A stretch of 54,019 nt of DNA, filler included, from Catajapyx aquilonaris (lineage: Eukaryota): assembly GCA_000934665.2 (NCBI GenBank). It is 2 parts of 2 records of this genome, joined end to end, with 100 filler letters (N's around TTAATTAATTAA, not from the genome) between each part and the next. Parts side by side here need not be neighbours in the genome. Positions count along the whole stretch, not along the records: positions 23,440 to 54,019 come from KZ539401.1; 1 more part is not named here. The stretch is one strand, 5' to 3'. Below, piece by piece: positions 50,501-54,019 of the stretch. The notes under the pieces are model-generated. The model worked only from the letters and a program-made list of their open reading frames with translations, was not told where the DNA came from and did no database searches. Each line of letters starts with the position of its first letter. Position 1 is the stretch's first letter. The translations under genes and the position numbers were made by a program.

Positions 50501-53111
50501 ATTAGTTGCAGCAGCATGCTCTCTCAAACGTTGTAAATATAAGTATTTTACTATAGGGGGGACCATTCATAATGCAATTACATGTTACGTCGACAGTTAT
50601 CTCAGCTTCCAAAGCTTGGGGGAAAAAATGTACGCCAATGCACGTCAGAGTTGGGAGGAGATTCTGCGAAACCCAGCATGAACAAAGGTGTTTTCGGAGG
50701 GCCGGGGTAATTGGCGGGCAAGTAACTCGTGCAATTTGGGGTGGTCACACGCCAATGACGTATTTTGGGAAACAAATATCGCATGAAAATTTCGCGTAGA
50801 ATGATGTTTGTGCTATTTGTCTGGCGGAGTTTCAAGTGCGTCAATGGGAGCAGGAGGGGTCAAGGGACTTGGGCTTGTTGGGAGGGTGGGGGGAATGGGG
50901 GTGGCTATAATTGCGTAATAATGTACTAGTCGAGACAGGGCTGGGTCAAAAGTAAGGCTTTCACATAGGGCAACATATGGCGTGTGACGTCCAGCACGAC
51001 AAGGGGCCTGTCGCTTCTGTTGCGCAAGGGAGTAATAATATTTAAGAGTCTTCTCACTCTACCTGAGTTATATGTATGCTATTAAACATAGGACGATATG
51101 TCAGCGTCCGTTACCCGTGTGGAGATGAATGACCCTTGCGCGTCAATAACAGCATGCAGCTGCAGTAGGTATTGTAGGTGAAATCGTGACCGGGTTATAG
51201 TTTTTACAAGACGGCAGACTTTTCACTCATTTCATGAAAAGTATGGGCACCGTTACAGTGCAAGGGTCAGACATCTGAATTATTAACGATTATACCGCCA
51301 GGCAATTTTTAATCGTCCAATCTGATGCTGTTGTCACGTAAATGGGCGGAGCATCCTGCTATAGATCCAGGTGGTGTGTTGCTAGAACATTTCTGCAATG
51401 TGCGCCGTATTGACAAACCCAGTTGAACGATTTTACACGGAGAAGATAAGATTGTGGGTTTAGTGTCCCAGAGGTCACGAGTGCTGCTCACTTATGCTCG
51501 TTTTACGCCGAAGTAAATAGAACCATAAATCTCGAATCAACCGGTTTCCAGAGTGGTACGAGTTGACGTGTTCATCGAGGCATCGTGGGGACATGGGAGG
51601 GCGACCGTCGTCGTTCCAAAAAGGAAATGGGGACCTGCACACCGCAGGGGATCTTGAGCTTAGCCTGCAATTTGCAGGATAATAAAGGTGCTTTATTTTT
51701 GGGTGTATTGGGAGGCCAGCACCTGCACTGGCCTTCCGTGGTTTGGTCCACCCACTGGCGAATGCAACGTGCGAATCGACTGGGAACGGGGCTCACCTCT
51801 AGCCAGACCTTGGGTGCACCAGCCACGGGGTTTTAAAAAACAACAACAAAAAATTAGAATGTGTAGTAAACACGGTAATGTGAAAATGCGGTTCGGGTCT
51901 GCAGTTTTCATTTTCCTTTTTGGAGGATGGAAAGCGATTGCGGAGAATGCGCAGAATGCAGTTTCATAACGTCCATCCGAGTGTGGCGGAGGGGTGTTTA
52001 GGTCCACTCTCTCTTTTTGCTCAAGTGCAGCCTTCACGCAATATTGGCCCCTCTGCAGCACAAAGTTTGCATCCGTTGATACGGGGAGGAAATGAACCTT
52101 GATCGCATTCGGGGCGTCATTGGCTGGATTGCGTGTGGCCGGGTTCTCACGGACCACATTCTTTTTATTTCTGGCTCCGGGTGGGCCACAAGTCAAAACT
52201 TTCCAGTGGCAGTTTTGGGAAATGGCAATCACAGGTTGACCAATATGGTGAACGTTGGGGCTGGTCACGGGGAGTCTGAAACTAGCGTTACGCCCGACAG
52301 AGTGCAGGAAGTGGTTATAAAACACATTTATTATACGTTAGGCTAACGAAAGCGGTAACCTATGCTGACTGAAAAATTTACATTATTATTACGTCACTGG
52401 TAATATCCGTCCTGTCTGCCTTCATCCGTGGTGCACCGTAGATGTATCTGTGGGGAAACGACTTGCAAATATTATTTCGTGTCGGGCAGGACTTGTTGCA
52501 ACAAGGTGTTCCTGTATGAGAGATCCGAGAGTTGTATTTTTACGAAAGTTATGCGAAAGTCATATGTAATGCCTTGGTGCATTTTCCTGGGGCATCTACT
52601 GCACCTTGTATATGACGTCACGCCCATTTTCGGATTTTTGTTGAACCTACTCTTTGCGTCAGTTTCCCCAAGTATACTGTACACCCTGTCTATACGTTGC
52701 AACGGGCAACAAATACTATTACATTGTGGTTCGGTGGTGTAGTGATAATAATCAGAATGATTACAGTTGGGCGTCGAAGAAATCCCCCACAAGGCCACAT
52801 CATAGGCCTACCACAGGTTATCCATTCATCAATGACTACCAACAATGAAAGCAGCAATTAAATCGTCAGCACCATTCGCTGGCTGACACAATAATATGGC
52901 CGTAACATTGGTAGGAGTATGATGTCAGAGTAACGGATTACAACGTGGCAAAGGGGGTGGTGGCGGGGGTGGTGTTTGGCTGATCACGTCACTCTCAAAT
53001 TTAGTAATGAATTCCAGGTACTCGAATATTTGTGACAACTTTAGTTTTAAATTTGATTGCGTGCCAGGGTAGACCCTTCCCCTGTAACCAAATTCGTAGA
53101 AAACTCAATTT

Positions 53112-53113
<2 letters not shown>

Positions 53114-53162
<49 letters not shown>
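53114..53162 (+). repeat. (GT)n microsatellite
   Basis: Direct read. Confidence 0.97.
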
Positions 53163-53163
<1 letters not shown>

Positions 53164-54019
53164 ATGGGAAAGGGGTGTGGGGTGTTCTGGCCCAGCGTGC
53201 ATGTGAGTGACGTGAGAGCAGAGGAGCCCCAAAACATGGTGACGTATTTAATGTTTACTGACCACTATCCAAAATTTTGATGTCGACGTGGCCAGGGCTT
53301 TCCCTCTGTCATGCAGCCTACCAAACCTTGAGCGTGATGCCAGAGTGGACCTGCCATACCTGTATGTCACGGTCTGTCACACCAAACTGCAAAACACGTG
53401 ACGTCAGTGGGATTCGCAGCAGCTGATCTGACATTTCCACAGATCCAGTCACGCCCAACCAAATGCAGGAAGGAGGATATGCAACCGAAAATAGCAACCA
53501 TTATATCCACGCTTTCTTCTCAGCGGATGATTCGCTGCGGAATACCACGCGGACAAGTGCCGTTTTGTTCGCAAGGTGCGATCAGCTGACCAAAGAGCCT
53601 TGCATTATTTGAAGCACGTGACCCGCCTGCAGTGCGGTTGTCGACCCTCCCAAGGCACGCAAATATAGCGGCCCCTGCAAACGGAGAGGACTGGGGAGAA
53701 GGGGGTATGGGAGAGGGAGAGAGAGGGAGAGAGAGAGAGAGACTACGGTTACAGCTCTGGTTGGGTTCATCACCCCGAGGGTCGCCTCGTTCGCCGATTT
53801 TCTTCCCTACACGCCATATTTGCCAAAATCTCTTTTTTCCCTCTCCACTAGACTCCCACCGTTTTTTGAGGGGGAGCCCCCGTCAATAGCACGTCAATAC
53901 AAGGGTGTCCAGTTGTCCCAGGTGTATAGGTGATGGGTCATTTGCTGCGATGATGTCACTGCAATTTGGGTCATACACATGTGTGTTTGTAGGATTGTAG
54001 TTATTGTTTTTTTGGAGCG

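Overview
Eukaryotic, probably arthropod, genomic DNA: it has spliceosomal introns, ionotropic (IR) and gustatory (GR) receptor sequences, and microsatellites. Positions 1-7379 (minus strand) hold an envelope-carrying Ty3/Gypsy element. It has a 564-bp 5' LTR, an 18-nt tRNA-His primer-binding site, an open gag with zinc knuckles and an open F-type env with an RSKR furin site. Its pol is damaged: the protease and RT N-terminus are missing, there is one in-frame stop, and there is one homopolymer frameshift. The element interrupts a GR pseudogene and its 3' LTR lies outside the window. About 8-23 kb is a decaying chemoreceptor cluster: an intronless IR with two lesions, a duplicated IR upstream block plus 5' end, an orphan GR terminal exon, MITEs and a perfect 81-bp palindrome. 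An artificial gap spacer at ~23.4 kb is followed by GGCT (2 exons), an uncharacterised 4-exon gene rich in short linear motifs, and TSNAXIP1 (minus) head-to-head with exon 1 of RanBP9/10 (plus). As I recall, human RANBP10 and TSNAXIP1 have the same arrangement. The remaining ~12 kb looks like RanBP9/10 intron 1 with scattered TE remnants. All family assignments come from motif recognition by eye, not database searches.
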